Positions 49,174 through 58,905 of a DNA stretch of 64,000 nt are shown here, one piece after another. Under the pieces are notes generated by a model. That model made no database searches, was not told the DNA's origin, and saw only the letters and a list, made by a program, of their open reading frames with translations. Position numbers and translations under genes: made by a program. Source of the DNA: a virus. Each line of letters begins with the position of its first letter. Position 1 is the first letter of the stretch. The DNA is taken from IMG/VR virus record IMGVR_UViG_3300001868_000005; one strand, written 5' to 3'.

Positions 49174-49815
49174 ATGGAAAAGATAAGTATTAACGGATTT
49201 GATACATTTGAAATAATAATGGATGGCGTAAGGTATCGGCAAATGCCCGAATGGACTAACTATTGGGTAGGGGAAAATGGGAGGGTATATAATATGAAAA
49301 TGAAATGGATGCTTGGAGAGGTTCTGAGTAGCCATGGATATACTCAGGTATTTTTCCATCAAGACCAAAAAATAAGTACAGGCCAAAAAACACATAGGTG
49401 GGTTGCTAAACTATTCTTACCTAATCCTGAAAATAAAAGGGAAGTTAATCATATTGATGGAGTAAAAAAGAATGCCGACATATCTAATTTAGAATGGGTA
49501 ACGCCAAGCGAAAATATGTATCACGCATTTAGAACAGGACTTAATAAACATTCAGACTATCAAAAGTCCGAATCGGCAAGGCGTGGAAGATTATTATATG
49601 GGGGAGGTGGTAATCCAAAAGCAAGAAAGGTAATAAACATCAAAACAAATGAAATATTTGGGTGTTCTATCGAAGCTGCCGATTCAATTGGAATGAAAAA
49701 AGGTACGCTAAGGGCGCAACTATTGGGTCACAATAGCAACAGGACTGATTTCAGATATTTAGATACTATTACTAATAATTCCGAAGTTGATAAAATTCCG
49801 CCACATCAAATTTAG
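49174..49815 (+). CDS. NUMOD4-like HNH homing endonuclease
   Basis: HRWVAKLFLPNPENKREVNHIDG.K.N...SNLEWVT.SEN..HA. Confidence 0.9.
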   Translation: MEKISINGFDTFEIIMDGVRYRQMPEWTNYWVGENGRVYNMKMKWMLGEVLSSHGYTQVFFHQDQKISTGQKTHRWVAKLFLPNPENKREVNHIDGVKKNADISNLEWVTPSENMYHAFRTGLNKHSDYQKSESARRGRLLYGGGGNPKARKVINIKTNEIFGCSIEAADSIGMKKGTLRAQLLGHNSNRTDFRYLDTITNNSEVDKIPPHQI

Positions 49816-52051
49816 TATCGAACCTCCCGGCAATATCATCCGCATAAGTCGATTTCTCTCCGAGGAGCGTACCCATATACGCAGACAGGCCGTCGAAATT
49901 TGTAAGGTCTTGTAAGCCAAGTATATCCATAGCTTCTCTGAGTAAGGGTTCTAGTTCGTGTCTCTGAACGTGTATGTTTAAATCGTCAGACATGTAATTA
50001 AAACCCTTAATTTTTGAGTGAGTAGAACTATATCCTGCATTTGGACGGGGATAACCATCGTCGTCTGTGTCGTATATTAGATACCCCTCAAAATCGTGTA
50101 ATTTGAAGTACTTATTGACATGATCCACATCGTTTTCAGGATAGCACCCACATCCGTAAAATATACAAAGTTTAAGCACATCTTCGCAGAAAATATCCGT
50201 TGTCTCTGGTCTATAAGAAGCATATACGATAGGTTTTGCTGTAATCCAATCCTTAACAGGTTTAGTGTCGGGATCTATCTGTGTGTCTCGTTTTAATCTT
50301 AAAGCAACACCTCCGTCAGATTTTCTTCCATGTGTCGTTTTGTCCAATCTAAAAGCATCAGCAGAGCAAATATACTTTGTACCAAATTCAGGATATTGAA
50401 CACCACGCACCATTTTAAATCTGTTTTGTTGATCTATTGGTGGGATATACGATGCAAGATAATCTCCCTCTTGTCCGTCCGGTGGAAAAACCATTGCTAC
50501 TTTACCTCCAAAATTATCGACCCACGCCAAATTAAACGATCTGGTAGTTTGTTGTCCAAACCTTAGTTCGGTTATTCTGTCTGAAATCTTTTGAACCGGG
50601 AAGAAATTATTGTTCGCGGGGGGTGTAAATATTTCGCGATACTCGATAGGATTTTGCCTTTTCTCCTGGCTTAGAGCATCTTCCGAAAGTCCCTTCCTAT
50701 TATTGAGCAAGTATTCTTTTGCACCCATATTGGGATTCATGTTATGCGCTTTTAGAAACTCTCTTTGTTGCGGTGTTGGTTTGTACTCTATTGAGAATCC
50801 AAATTGATCAACGAATCCAGGATAACCGTCACAGGCACGAAAGAATATTGTAACCATACCTGTTTGTGTTTGACCGGAATCCTTGCGTTGGTAAAACATG
50901 GAACCCTTGCATAGTTTCAAAAAAGCCAAACCTGCTTCTTTCGACATATCTTCCACTGTCGATGTTCCTGTTATATCACCGTCAATTCTATCGCGCTCAG
51001 AACAGCATAACTTAATGGTAGTGTGGCGTTTAAGTATATCTTCCCCTTCGACTTTTCCTAATTCATCTCCGTAATATTCAGCTAAACCGGAACCGTCATA
51101 GTGTGAACCTTTCTTACTGCTCGCAAAATCCAATACCGTATTCAAAGAAATATCCATATCATCAGACATAAATGACAACTTAGATTTGGAACTCATAGAT
51201 TCCATTAACGGTTTAAAAATAAGCGGGAGTTTTCTAAATTGGAACATTATATGGTCACTGAAAATCCTCTGACTGGACTCCTCGTCGCAGCCTTGATTTC
51301 CAAATCTTTTCTCCAAAGTTCTGCTTGATGACTCAAGTTGTGCCGAAACCGATTTGCTCGTATCGCCTACTCTTCGGGCCTTTCCGATCAGGATACCGTA
51401 GAAAACACGCCTCATTAGGTCGATCATTTCATAGGTTCCGTCACTTTCAGGAATAGCCACACCGTCCTTATCTGTCTTGGCGAAAGTTCTTGTTTCTAGT
51501 CTTGCCCACTGTTTAGCTATGTACCATCTTCTGTCCCGGTCTCTGTATTGTGGTTCACCTGCTTTTGGGATCTCGGTAAAGTTAACGTAGAAGTAATCTG
51601 CACCAGTCATATAATATCCCCGGCCATTGAGCATAATCCAATATCCGAAAAGCCGGTGGAACCACATCTTTTCAATCCATTCTATTTCTTCTTTATAGTC
51701 GATTGCTTTTGATTCAAGTTCGTCCCAAAAATTATTAATAGTATTTATCTCTATTTTTATAGAAGTGTTTTCTCTGGCCTTATTTGACTTCTCCTTAGAC
51801 CGTAAATGACGCTCTAGGCTCAAAAGTCTGGGTGGTACGATTTCTCTGTGGAATATTTGTTCCTCTGGGGGTAAACCGTAATTTGCCATTGTACTATTAT
51901 CTGGCAAAAATTGAGGTTCGGGTTTATTAAAACTTCGGTAAGTTCGCTGTATTAAATCTAAAATATCTACCTTAACTCCCTCACCATTAGGAGTTAAATC
52001 TTTGTCGGAATTTATTATCACAAACTTTTCGCAAGGTTCGTAGGAATACAT
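49772..52051 (-). CDS. terL: Terminase large subunit (crAss-like type)
   Basis: YMTGADYFY, Walker A-like KARRVGDTS, DELGK Walker B, RNase H-type nuclease (ADAF, END, DG..AY). Confidence 0.85.
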   Translation of the reverse strand: MYSYEPCEKFVIINSDKDLTPNGEGVKVDILDLIQRTYRSFNKPEPQFLPDNSTMANYGLPPEEQIFHREIVPPRLLSLERHLRSKEKSNKARENTSIKIEINTINNFWDELESKAIDYKEEIEWIEKMWFHRLFGYWIMLNGRGYYMTGADYFYVNFTEIPKAGEPQYRDRDRRWYIAKQWARLETRTFAKTDKDGVAIPESDGTYEMIDLMRRVFYGILIGKARRVGDTSKSVSAQLESSSRTLEKRFGNQGCDEESSQRIFSDHIMFQFRKLPLIFKPLMESMSSKSKLSFMSDDMDISLNTVLDFASSKKGSHYDGSGLAEYYGDELGKVEGEDILKRHTTIKLCCSERDRIDGDITGTSTVEDMSKEAGLAFLKLCKGSMFYQRKDSGQTQTGMVTIFFRACDGYPGFVDQFGFSIEYKPTPQQREFLKAHNMNPNMGAKEYLLNNRKGLSEDALSQEKRQNPIEYREIFTPPANNNFFPVQKISDRITELRFGQQTTRSFNLAWVDNFGGKVAMVFPPDGQEGDYLASYIPPIDQQNRFKMVRGVQYPEFGTKYICSADAFRLDKTTHGRKSDGGVALRLKRDTQIDPDTKPVKDWITAKPIVYASYRPETTDIFCEDVLKLCIFYGCGCYPENDVDHVNKYFKLHDFEGYLIYDTDDDGYPRPNAGYSSTHSKIKGFNYMSDDLNIHVQRHELEPLLREAMDILGLQDLTNFDGLSAYMGTLLGEKSTYADDIAGRFDTKFDVAEFYQLRNY

Positions 52052-52083
52052 AAGCTACGTTAATTGGTCTATGCAAAGATAGT

Positions 52084-52665
52084 CTAAATTATCTTAAAAG
52101 CCAACAATACTACAACCTTATCAATGTCTAAATTAAGCCTTACGCACGCCTCAGTTAATAGATACTCCTTTAACTGCTCTAAGTCACACCCATCAAATGT
52201 TCGTGTAATACGTGAATGCTCATGGCATTTAGCACCTTGTTTGTCGCAGATATTTCTCTCGTAGACTGTAATCATAGCATCATTTCTAAAAGTTCGTCAA
52301 TTATAGTCTCCGGTATGCAGATTATGGCATCAGGTGGACTTGAATTTAGCTGTCGGGTCTTGCTGATGAATTCTGCCCAATTGAGAAATCCGTTGCATAC
52401 AGCCCAATAATTCTTAATTTCTATGGTACTTTTCAGTTTAAATTCAGTCATTTTTACCTAATTCTTGTTTGAATTGTGCTTGAAGTTCCTTAATATTTGG
52501 GATTGGTATTAGTTCTCCGGTGCAGTTAGGATGACCACATTTTTTGTCATCATCAATTTTCAATCTTATACATATCTTTTTGTGTATGGTACACTGATAT
52601 GCGTTATTAATATCCCAATTCCATTCTGCAATTATGCTTTTTGTGTTTTCGTCAAATTCTAACAT
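52084..52665 (-). other. Small genes 52084-52275, 52272-52451, 52444-52665
   Basis: Coupled short ORFs between terL and the conserved packaging-module gene. Confidence 0.55.
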
Positions 52666-52681
52666 GTTTTTACGTTTTAAA

Positions 52682-53230
52682 TTATTGGTAATACTGATCT
52701 TTAATCTTTAAATTCTTTTCGGAAATAGCTTTTGCCATTTCCTCAGGACGCAACCTTAATTTGTCAACCATACTAGAATACAGTGCTTTACGCAAACTTT
52801 GGTCACTATCTCCGAACAAATTAACCTCAATGTCCTTTAGGTTATCACTAAGGTTGTTTATATTCTCACGGATTATCTTAACAGCTTTCTCGTCAGTTTC
52901 ACCCATTGATCTTTGAACCTGAGAAGCAAGCATCTGTTGAAAAGCTACATACCGTATCATATCGGGAGAACCAAGCGAAATAATGTAGTCGATAATTAAT
53001 CTGTTAGCTTCGGGGTTTTTGCCAATTAGCATTTCCTCTACTTCGGGTTCAAAGGTGTCATCAAACTCAAATCCAGACTGTATAGCGCATTCACGTTTTC
53101 TTTCTGAGTAGTCTTGATACTTTTTACGGTTTTCAGACTTTGGATTATACATGTGGATTATATACCTATCTAATTTTACAGGGTCGATATAATTAGATTC
53201 GGGTTCTTCTATTTCTTTTTTCTTAGCCAT
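52682..53230 (-). CDS. Conserved packaging-module protein (possible terminase small subunit)
   Basis: Helical 182 aa protein between terL and the GroES-like gene; assignment is positional only. Confidence 0.4.
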   Translation of the reverse strand: MAKKKEIEEPESNYIDPVKLDRYIIHMYNPKSENRKKYQDYSERKRECAIQSGFEFDDTFEPEVEEMLIGKNPEANRLIIDYIISLGSPDMIRYVAFQQMLASQVQRSMGETDEKAVKIIRENINNLSDNLKDIEVNLFGDSDQSLRKALYSSMVDKLRLRPEEMAKAISEKNLKIKDQYYQ

Positions 53231-53352
53231 TTCTCAGTTTCTCGATTAATTTCTCCAATATTTTAATTACATGTGCTTTATTCACACAGTTAGACGTAAA
53301 TTCTATTTCTCCATTAACAACGGTAATATTTAACGCTGTAACAACTTTTATC

Positions 53353-54117
53353 TTATCCAATTATTAACTCCCCTCTTTTTACGTAAAGAATATCTTTTCT
53401 CATAATCGGAGTTAATAGCCCAAATTCCTTTGCAAGTCCGTTATCCAGTCTCCGATTTCTGTATTTTTTGAAACAAATTACATCGTTAACCTCAACTTCC
53501 ATGTCAGAAGGCGTATATAAGCTCTCAGATGCAGGTTGCCACCGCTCAAGGTGATTAGTGTTCATCCTTCCTACAAACTTCACTGTAGCGAACTGTTTGG
53601 ATTCCTTTTTAACTACCTGTTCGATGTATTTTATCTCGTCAATTACAGGTTCGCAAATCACGTAGCCGTTAATTGGGGTAAGATTATATAACGAATCAAA
53701 CCCAATCCCATTTTCATCTGTATCTGAATTAATTCGTACATCAACCAATTTTTGTTTGCAATAAATATCCGAATATTTTATCCAAAAATACCTTACACCT
53801 TCGCAAATAATAAACTGCTTGTCGTTTTGTGCAAGTTGAAGTGGGAGTTGATTTACCACAACGGTATCGCCTACGGATAATTCCATAGTCGTTTCCCATT
53901 CTGAAAAACCTTGACCAAATTTAATGTTTTCCGGGACTGCTATTACCTTGTTAACAACGGGTACGTACCGAAATTGATCCTCAGTAAAATCAACATCCAT
54001 TGTTAGTTCTACCTCTTTTGTTAGTGCAAATTTACTTCTATCCTCTAATGGCATTAAAAGTACCATATTATTTATTGGGGTAATTCTTAGCAACTCTTCT
54101 TTGGTTAGCTTTATCAT
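53353..54117 (-). CDS. Tandem GroES-like (co-chaperonin-like) protein
   Basis: Two units: ITPINNMVLLMP...V.AVP...L.VGD.VVV and LTPINGYVICEP...A.VKFVG...V.V.DVI.F. Confidence 0.65.
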   Translation of the reverse strand: MIKLTKEELLRITPINNMVLLMPLEDRSKFALTKEVELTMDVDFTEDQFRYVPVVNKVIAVPENIKFGQGFSEWETTMELSVGDTVVVNQLPLQLAQNDKQFIICEGVRYFWIKYSDIYCKQKLVDVRINSDTDENGIGFDSLYNLTPINGYVICEPVIDEIKYIEQVVKKESKQFATVKFVGRMNTNHLERWQPASESLYTPSDMEVEVNDVICFKKYRNRRLDNGLAKEFGLLTPIMRKDILYVKRGELIIG

Positions 54118-54133
54118 AAAAATGTTTTATATG

Positions 54134-54340
54134 CAAAGATAGACAATCAATAGGTATATATTTACACCTCACGCTAGTTTAGAATCATTCTAAATTAAAA
54201 TATTTACTTGATAATAATTATATTTTATTGTATCTTTGTTCCGCTACTCAGATAATATGAAAAAATTTAATCACCTCTTAGAGCCATTGCCAAAATTGAC
54301 GATCTCCGTCAGACTGGGTAGCCTTTGGTTTTAAGGGGTG
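54134..54340. promoter_or_regulatory. Symmetric divergent promoters around a perfect 17-bp dyad, plus pseudoknotted leader
   Basis: CAAAGATA 54134-54141, 36 nt, TTTAGAATCATTCTAAA 54178-54194, 36 nt, TATCTTTG 54231-54238; leader 54243-54340. Confidence 0.8.
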
Positions 54341-54347
54341 TTTATAT

Positions 54348-55056
54348 ATGGAAATAAAAATAAAAATAAAAAAACACAGTAAGTATACGTGCGTTGACTG
54401 GGATTTTGATGCACAAAAAATGGAGTGTAGCTGTTAGGGGAATTAAAAAATGTTATATCGGACTTTTTGATGATGAATTAGATGCAGCACACGCATACGA
54501 TGATTATATAATAAAAAATAATTTAAATAGAAGATTGAATTTTCCACCACCAGAACCACCAACTGTTATCCCGAACACTCGATGGATATGCCTAACACGG
54601 GGGAAGTGGGCTTTAATTGATGCTAGAAATTACGATAGAGTATCTAAGTATAAATGGCAAGCATTTAAAACAAAAAATGGAGTTTATTATGCCGTTGCCA
54701 ACACCAATAATGGAAATGAAAAAATATACTTACATAGATTTATATTAGGAATAACTGATAGCAAAATACAAGTAGATCACAAAGACCACGATGGGTTAAA
54801 TAATACCGAGGAAAATATTAGAGCGTGCACATCAAGACAAAATCTAACAAATAAAAGAAAAAATAAGGCTAATTTGAATAAATATAAAAATGTTTATCTT
54901 GATAAAAAGTCAAATAAGTGGTTGTCTAGGATATATATAGATGGAACTGTTATATATATTGGGAGTTCCAAATCAGAAAACACAATGGCAGAAAGATACA
55001 ATATGGCGGCAAAATGGTTTCACGAAGAATGGGCATGCCTAAGTGAGATCGTCTAA
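54348..55056 (+). pseudogene. AP2-HNH-AP2 endonuclease with a one-base frameshift in an A6 run (54415-54420)
   Basis: ATG 54348 frame reads MEIKIKIKKHSKYTCVDWDFDAQK then stops. The +1 frame continues WSVAVRG...YIGLFDDELDAAHAYD, followed by HNH motif VDHKDHDGLNN..EN.R and a second AP2. Confidence 0.7.
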
Positions 55057-55540
55057 TTTTACCGTATCTTTTCTCCATGTTTTACTATTCAGATTCGTAA
55101 CCTCAATAATTCTGTCACCGTCAATTGCTTTAACCCAATTTGGCTGAGTTTCCACAATTAGCGAGCAATTAGGTCTATCAATATGATCTTCTTCGGTTAG
55201 AAAGTATTGATAATTATTTTGATCCACGAAGTTGTATATAACCTTTACGAGCTTTTCAGTCATTTTAATATTCATTTTTCATCTTAACGCAATCTTCACC
55301 GTCTTCGAGTGTGGTCATAATTGCAAAATCAAGCATTTCATAAAACACTCCAAGTCCTTCTGAATTCTCTGTTCTGTTTTGAATATTATCTAAAACAAAT
55401 TCAGACAGTTTGTGTTTATCTTTAACAATTAGCGGGGTTTCGGGATTATGTCTTGCTAGAAAAGCAATATAATTAACAGGAATGGTAATTATTACCGATT
55501 CTTTTGTTTTCTCAAATGTAGGAAGCTGTTTTGTTTTCAT
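55039..55540 (-). other. Two hypothetical genes (55039-55263, 55265-55540)
   Basis: Downstream of minus-strand promoter 55555-55562. Confidence 0.55.
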
Positions 55541-55554
55541 ACTTAATCTTTTGA

Positions 55555-55651
55555 CAAAGATAACTCCCTATTTACGAATATCCAAACTTTGGGTCTAATT
55601 TGGAATCATTCTAAATTGTATTGCAAAATAATTCACAAATGCCTATCTTTG
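55555..55651. promoter_or_regulatory. Divergent promoters (small genes / portal) with 17-bp dyad
   Basis: Minus box 55555-55562; dyad 55599-55615; plus TATCTTTG 55644-55651. Confidence 0.75.
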
Positions 55652-55667
55652 TAAAAACTATTCAGAG

Positions 55668-58142
55668 ATGTATATTCCTGGCTTGAGTGAAAAGTATAAG
55701 GATCTTCCTTATGATATAAAAAGGACAAACGGCAAAAAAGACAAAGATTATTATAGGTCGAACATTATAGGAATGTACAGCGTGCATGTCCGTGATAGCG
55801 CAGGTATTACATTTTCATCACAGCAAAATTTTGACCTACTCCGCTCTTATGGCTCAGGAAAACAAGACGAAAATAAGTACAAAAATTACATGTCTACCAC
55901 TAGACCGACCAACGAAGCGACATCTCCGGCAACAACGGCATTAGACGGCCCCGGTGGGTTTACGCAAGCGAAAGAGACCCAGAGAAAGGGGTACATGAAC
56001 ATTTTTTGGAAAATTATATCGAGTGCGCCTAAACTAATGTCTACATTACTTGGAAAGTTTGAGCAGGCAGAGTACAGTATCGAATGTAACCCAATAGATG
56101 CACAGTCGGGAGCAGAGACCGAAAATAAGATGGTCGAATTGTGGGCTGTAAAAGAAGAAGAAGCGTTTTTAAAAGAATATCATGCAAATATTGGGATAAA
56201 ATTTCAGGAACCGAACTATCTTCCCGACACCATAGATGAACTCACTTTATTTAAAAACAGGGGTGGCTTTAAGCAAGAACATAGTATGCTGATGGAAACC
56301 CTAATAAATTGGACTTCCAAAACCTCTCACTTAAAAGAGATCAAAAAAGAATGTATAGCCGACCTCATTAATTTAGGTGTTTGTGTCGTTAAAGATTACT
56401 ACGATAAAGAAGACGGCACTGTAAAGACAAAGTACATCGACCCAAAGATGTTCTCTATACAGTACTCTAAACACTCAGATTTCAGAGACTCAGAATACGG
56501 TGGTCACGCAGAATTAATGACTGTTTCGGAGTTGAGAATTGCAATGCAGCAAGAAGGGATTTCGAAAGATGTTTACGAACAACAACTTCAAAAATGCTCG
56601 CAAGCCTATTCTGGAAAATTAGGAAATCCAGGATTAGAGCAATGGGACGTAAATAACTCTCAGATAGAATCAGGTGGTTGGAAATATGACTTCTATAAAG
56701 TCTTAGTTTATAACGCAGAATGGATAGATACAGACGAACTCACAGACATTTTAAGAACCAACTCTTATAATAAACTAAAAATTATCCCCGTTCAAGAAGG
56801 CGAAAAGATAAAAGAAAAACCGAATCAAAAAGTCCAAATCACTCAAATAAGAAAACGATTTAAATGTAAATGGCTTATCGGAACTGAAATAATTTTTGAA
56901 TACGGAATCGACCAAAATATCACCAGACCGAATAAAAAAGACGTACTTATTTCTTATCATGCCTATAAACTGCCTTTTGCGTCGATTACAGACCAGCTTA
57001 TACCTATATATGACAACTTCGTAATAATCTGGCACAAGTATCAAAACAACATCGCTACAGCTATAAATAAAGGGTATATCTTTAACCTTGATGCTTTCAA
57101 TTCCTTAGATAAGGGTGGTCAAAACGGAATGGTTGAGATTCTAAGACAGTTTATGGAAACTGGAATAGGTTTTTCTAAAATGACTGACGCCAAAGGAACC
57201 CGACAGCAAAATAACCAACTTCCGGTTCAAGAATTAAACGGTGGTATGGGTAGTGCTGTTACTGACTTTTTCACTCAACTAAAACTAAATTTAAGTTTAA
57301 TTGAGAATTTAACAGGGATTAATCCTTTATCACTTGGAACCGTAGACCCTAATGCGCCTGTTAGAACGAATGAAATAGCAGTACAAGCCACCTCTGACAC
57401 TCTCAGACCTATACTTTCAGGTTGGTTGAATGTAAAAGAAGGCTATGCCAAAAACGTAGTTCTTACTATTCAATTACTTTTAGAATTCGACGAGGACGCA
57501 AGAGAAACCTACAAAGAAATTATCGGAGAAAGAGGACTTCAGGTTTTAAAACTCGCAGTCGGAAACGCTACTAAGTACGGAATAGCCATTGAAGCTATGC
57601 CTACTGATCAGGAAAAACGAGACCTAATGGAAAGTGCTAAAATCGCCTTACAAAGTGGTAGAAACGGTCAACCCGGAATTACTGATGCAGATTATTTCGC
57701 AGTCACTTCTATTTTAAGTTCTGGTGGATCTTTAAAGTTAGCCGAAATGTGGTTGGAATCTTCTCGCAGAAAGAACCTAAAGTTAGCACAAGAACAAGCA
57801 CAGGCAAATTCTACTCAACAAGCACAAGTTTCAGCACAGGCTACCCAAATGGCAGAACAGATGAAAACTGAAGGTGCTTTAGCTATCATTAAACAAAAAG
57901 GTATCGAGGACAGGGAAACACTTGTCACAGGTGCTTATTTAACAGCTTTGGCAGCAGGTGATAGCGCACAAGCCGATATGCAGATAAAGTTGATTGACAA
58001 CTACATAAAAACAGGCAACTTGCTTACACCTGAAAATTTCACCCAACAGAATCCACAACCTGTTCCACCACAAGGACAACAGGGTACGGGACAGAATCCA
58101 CCCCCGCAAGAACAAACACAGGTTCCGCAGATGCAACAATAA
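55668..58142 (+). CDS. Portal protein (crAss-like/Bacteroidota podovirus type)
   Basis: LRSYGSGKQ...KYK, YMNI.WKI....PKL, VKTKYIDP; 824 aa with Q/P-rich tail; next to terL and capsid genes. Confidence 0.85.
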   Translation: MYIPGLSEKYKDLPYDIKRTNGKKDKDYYRSNIIGMYSVHVRDSAGITFSSQQNFDLLRSYGSGKQDENKYKNYMSTTRPTNEATSPATTALDGPGGFTQAKETQRKGYMNIFWKIISSAPKLMSTLLGKFEQAEYSIECNPIDAQSGAETENKMVELWAVKEEEAFLKEYHANIGIKFQEPNYLPDTIDELTLFKNRGGFKQEHSMLMETLINWTSKTSHLKEIKKECIADLINLGVCVVKDYYDKEDGTVKTKYIDPKMFSIQYSKHSDFRDSEYGGHAELMTVSELRIAMQQEGISKDVYEQQLQKCSQAYSGKLGNPGLEQWDVNNSQIESGGWKYDFYKVLVYNAEWIDTDELTDILRTNSYNKLKIIPVQEGEKIKEKPNQKVQITQIRKRFKCKWLIGTEIIFEYGIDQNITRPNKKDVLISYHAYKLPFASITDQLIPIYDNFVIIWHKYQNNIATAINKGYIFNLDAFNSLDKGGQNGMVEILRQFMETGIGFSKMTDAKGTRQQNNQLPVQELNGGMGSAVTDFFTQLKLNLSLIENLTGINPLSLGTVDPNAPVRTNEIAVQATSDTLRPILSGWLNVKEGYAKNVVLTIQLLLEFDEDARETYKEIIGERGLQVLKLAVGNATKYGIAIEAMPTDQEKRDLMESAKIALQSGRNGQPGITDADYFAVTSILSSGGSLKLAEMWLESSRRKNLKLAQEQAQANSTQQAQVSAQATQMAEQMKTEGALAIIKQKGIEDRETLVTGAYLTALAAGDSAQADMQIKLIDNYIKTGNLLTPENFTQQNPQPVPPQGQQGTGQNPPPQEQTQVPQMQQ

Positions 58143-58143
58143 T

Positions 58144-58617
58144 CTATATTCTATGATTGTTGCAATATCTGGAACAGTATTTTGCTGGGTTCTTAATTGT
58201 TTCTGATTTTAGCCTTCTGAATATTTTGCCACAATTTAAACAAGTATGCGTATCCCAATTATTTTCGTCTGTCTGTTTTGGGTGATATATCCTTTCGTGT
58301 TCGCTTGTGCTTGATAGTAACACTAAATTGTTTATATCGTTATCATCCTTTATCTTATTTATATGATGAACGACCTCGGTATCCAAAAGTGGTCTACCTA
58401 TATGCTTTTCCATCACAAGCCTATGTTCTCTTACGTATTTACCATTAATTCTTATTACGATATACCCATACCAGTTTTTACACCTTCTTGGGTATTGTAT
58501 TTCCTCTCTACATTTTTGGGAACAATATTTTATCCCTCTCTTTATTCTGTATGGGATTGCGAAAAATTCATTACCACAGCACTGGCAAACCGTCTTAATC
58601 CTATTCGATTTTGGCAT
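58144..58617 (-). CDS. HNH endonuclease with zinc-ribbon motifs
   Basis: CQCCG..F, YCS.KC, EHRLVME..IGRPL...EVVHHIN..K.DN...NL; likely start MPKS at 58617. Confidence 0.9.
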   Translation of the reverse strand: MPKSNRIKTVCQCCGNEFFAIPYRIKRGIKYCSQKCREEIQYPRRCKNWYGYIVIRINGKYVREHRLVMEKHIGRPLLDTEVVHHINKIKDDNDINNLVLLSSTSEHERIYHPKQTDENNWDTHTCLNCGKIFRRLKSETIKNPAKYCSRYCNNHRI

Positions 58618-58773
58618 ACATTTTATATTAAATTGTTTATACTGCAAATATACAAAATAATCTACCATAAAAACAGCACATCTATAAAAATAAATTCCCG
58701 AAGCCTATTGTTTATATTTAATCTAAATAAAAACTTGTATTAAATTCTACATAACATTATCTTTGTAAATTAA

Positions 58774-58905
58774 ATACGGATAGGCGTAAACTTGACACCT
58801 GAAGCCATGACACAGCAAAACCCACAACCTCAACCACCGATACAGGACACAGGTCAGAATCCAGTACCACAGGAACCACAACAGGTTCCTCAAATGCAAC
58901 AATAA
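58774..58905 (+). repeat. Diverged second copy of the portal 3' end (small ORF 58807-58905)
   Basis: Encodes ...NLTPEAMTQQNPQPQPPIQDTGQNPVPQEPQQVPQMQQ* versus portal ...NLLTPENFTQQNPQPVPPQGQQGTGQNPPPQEQTQVPQMQQ*. Confidence 0.85.
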
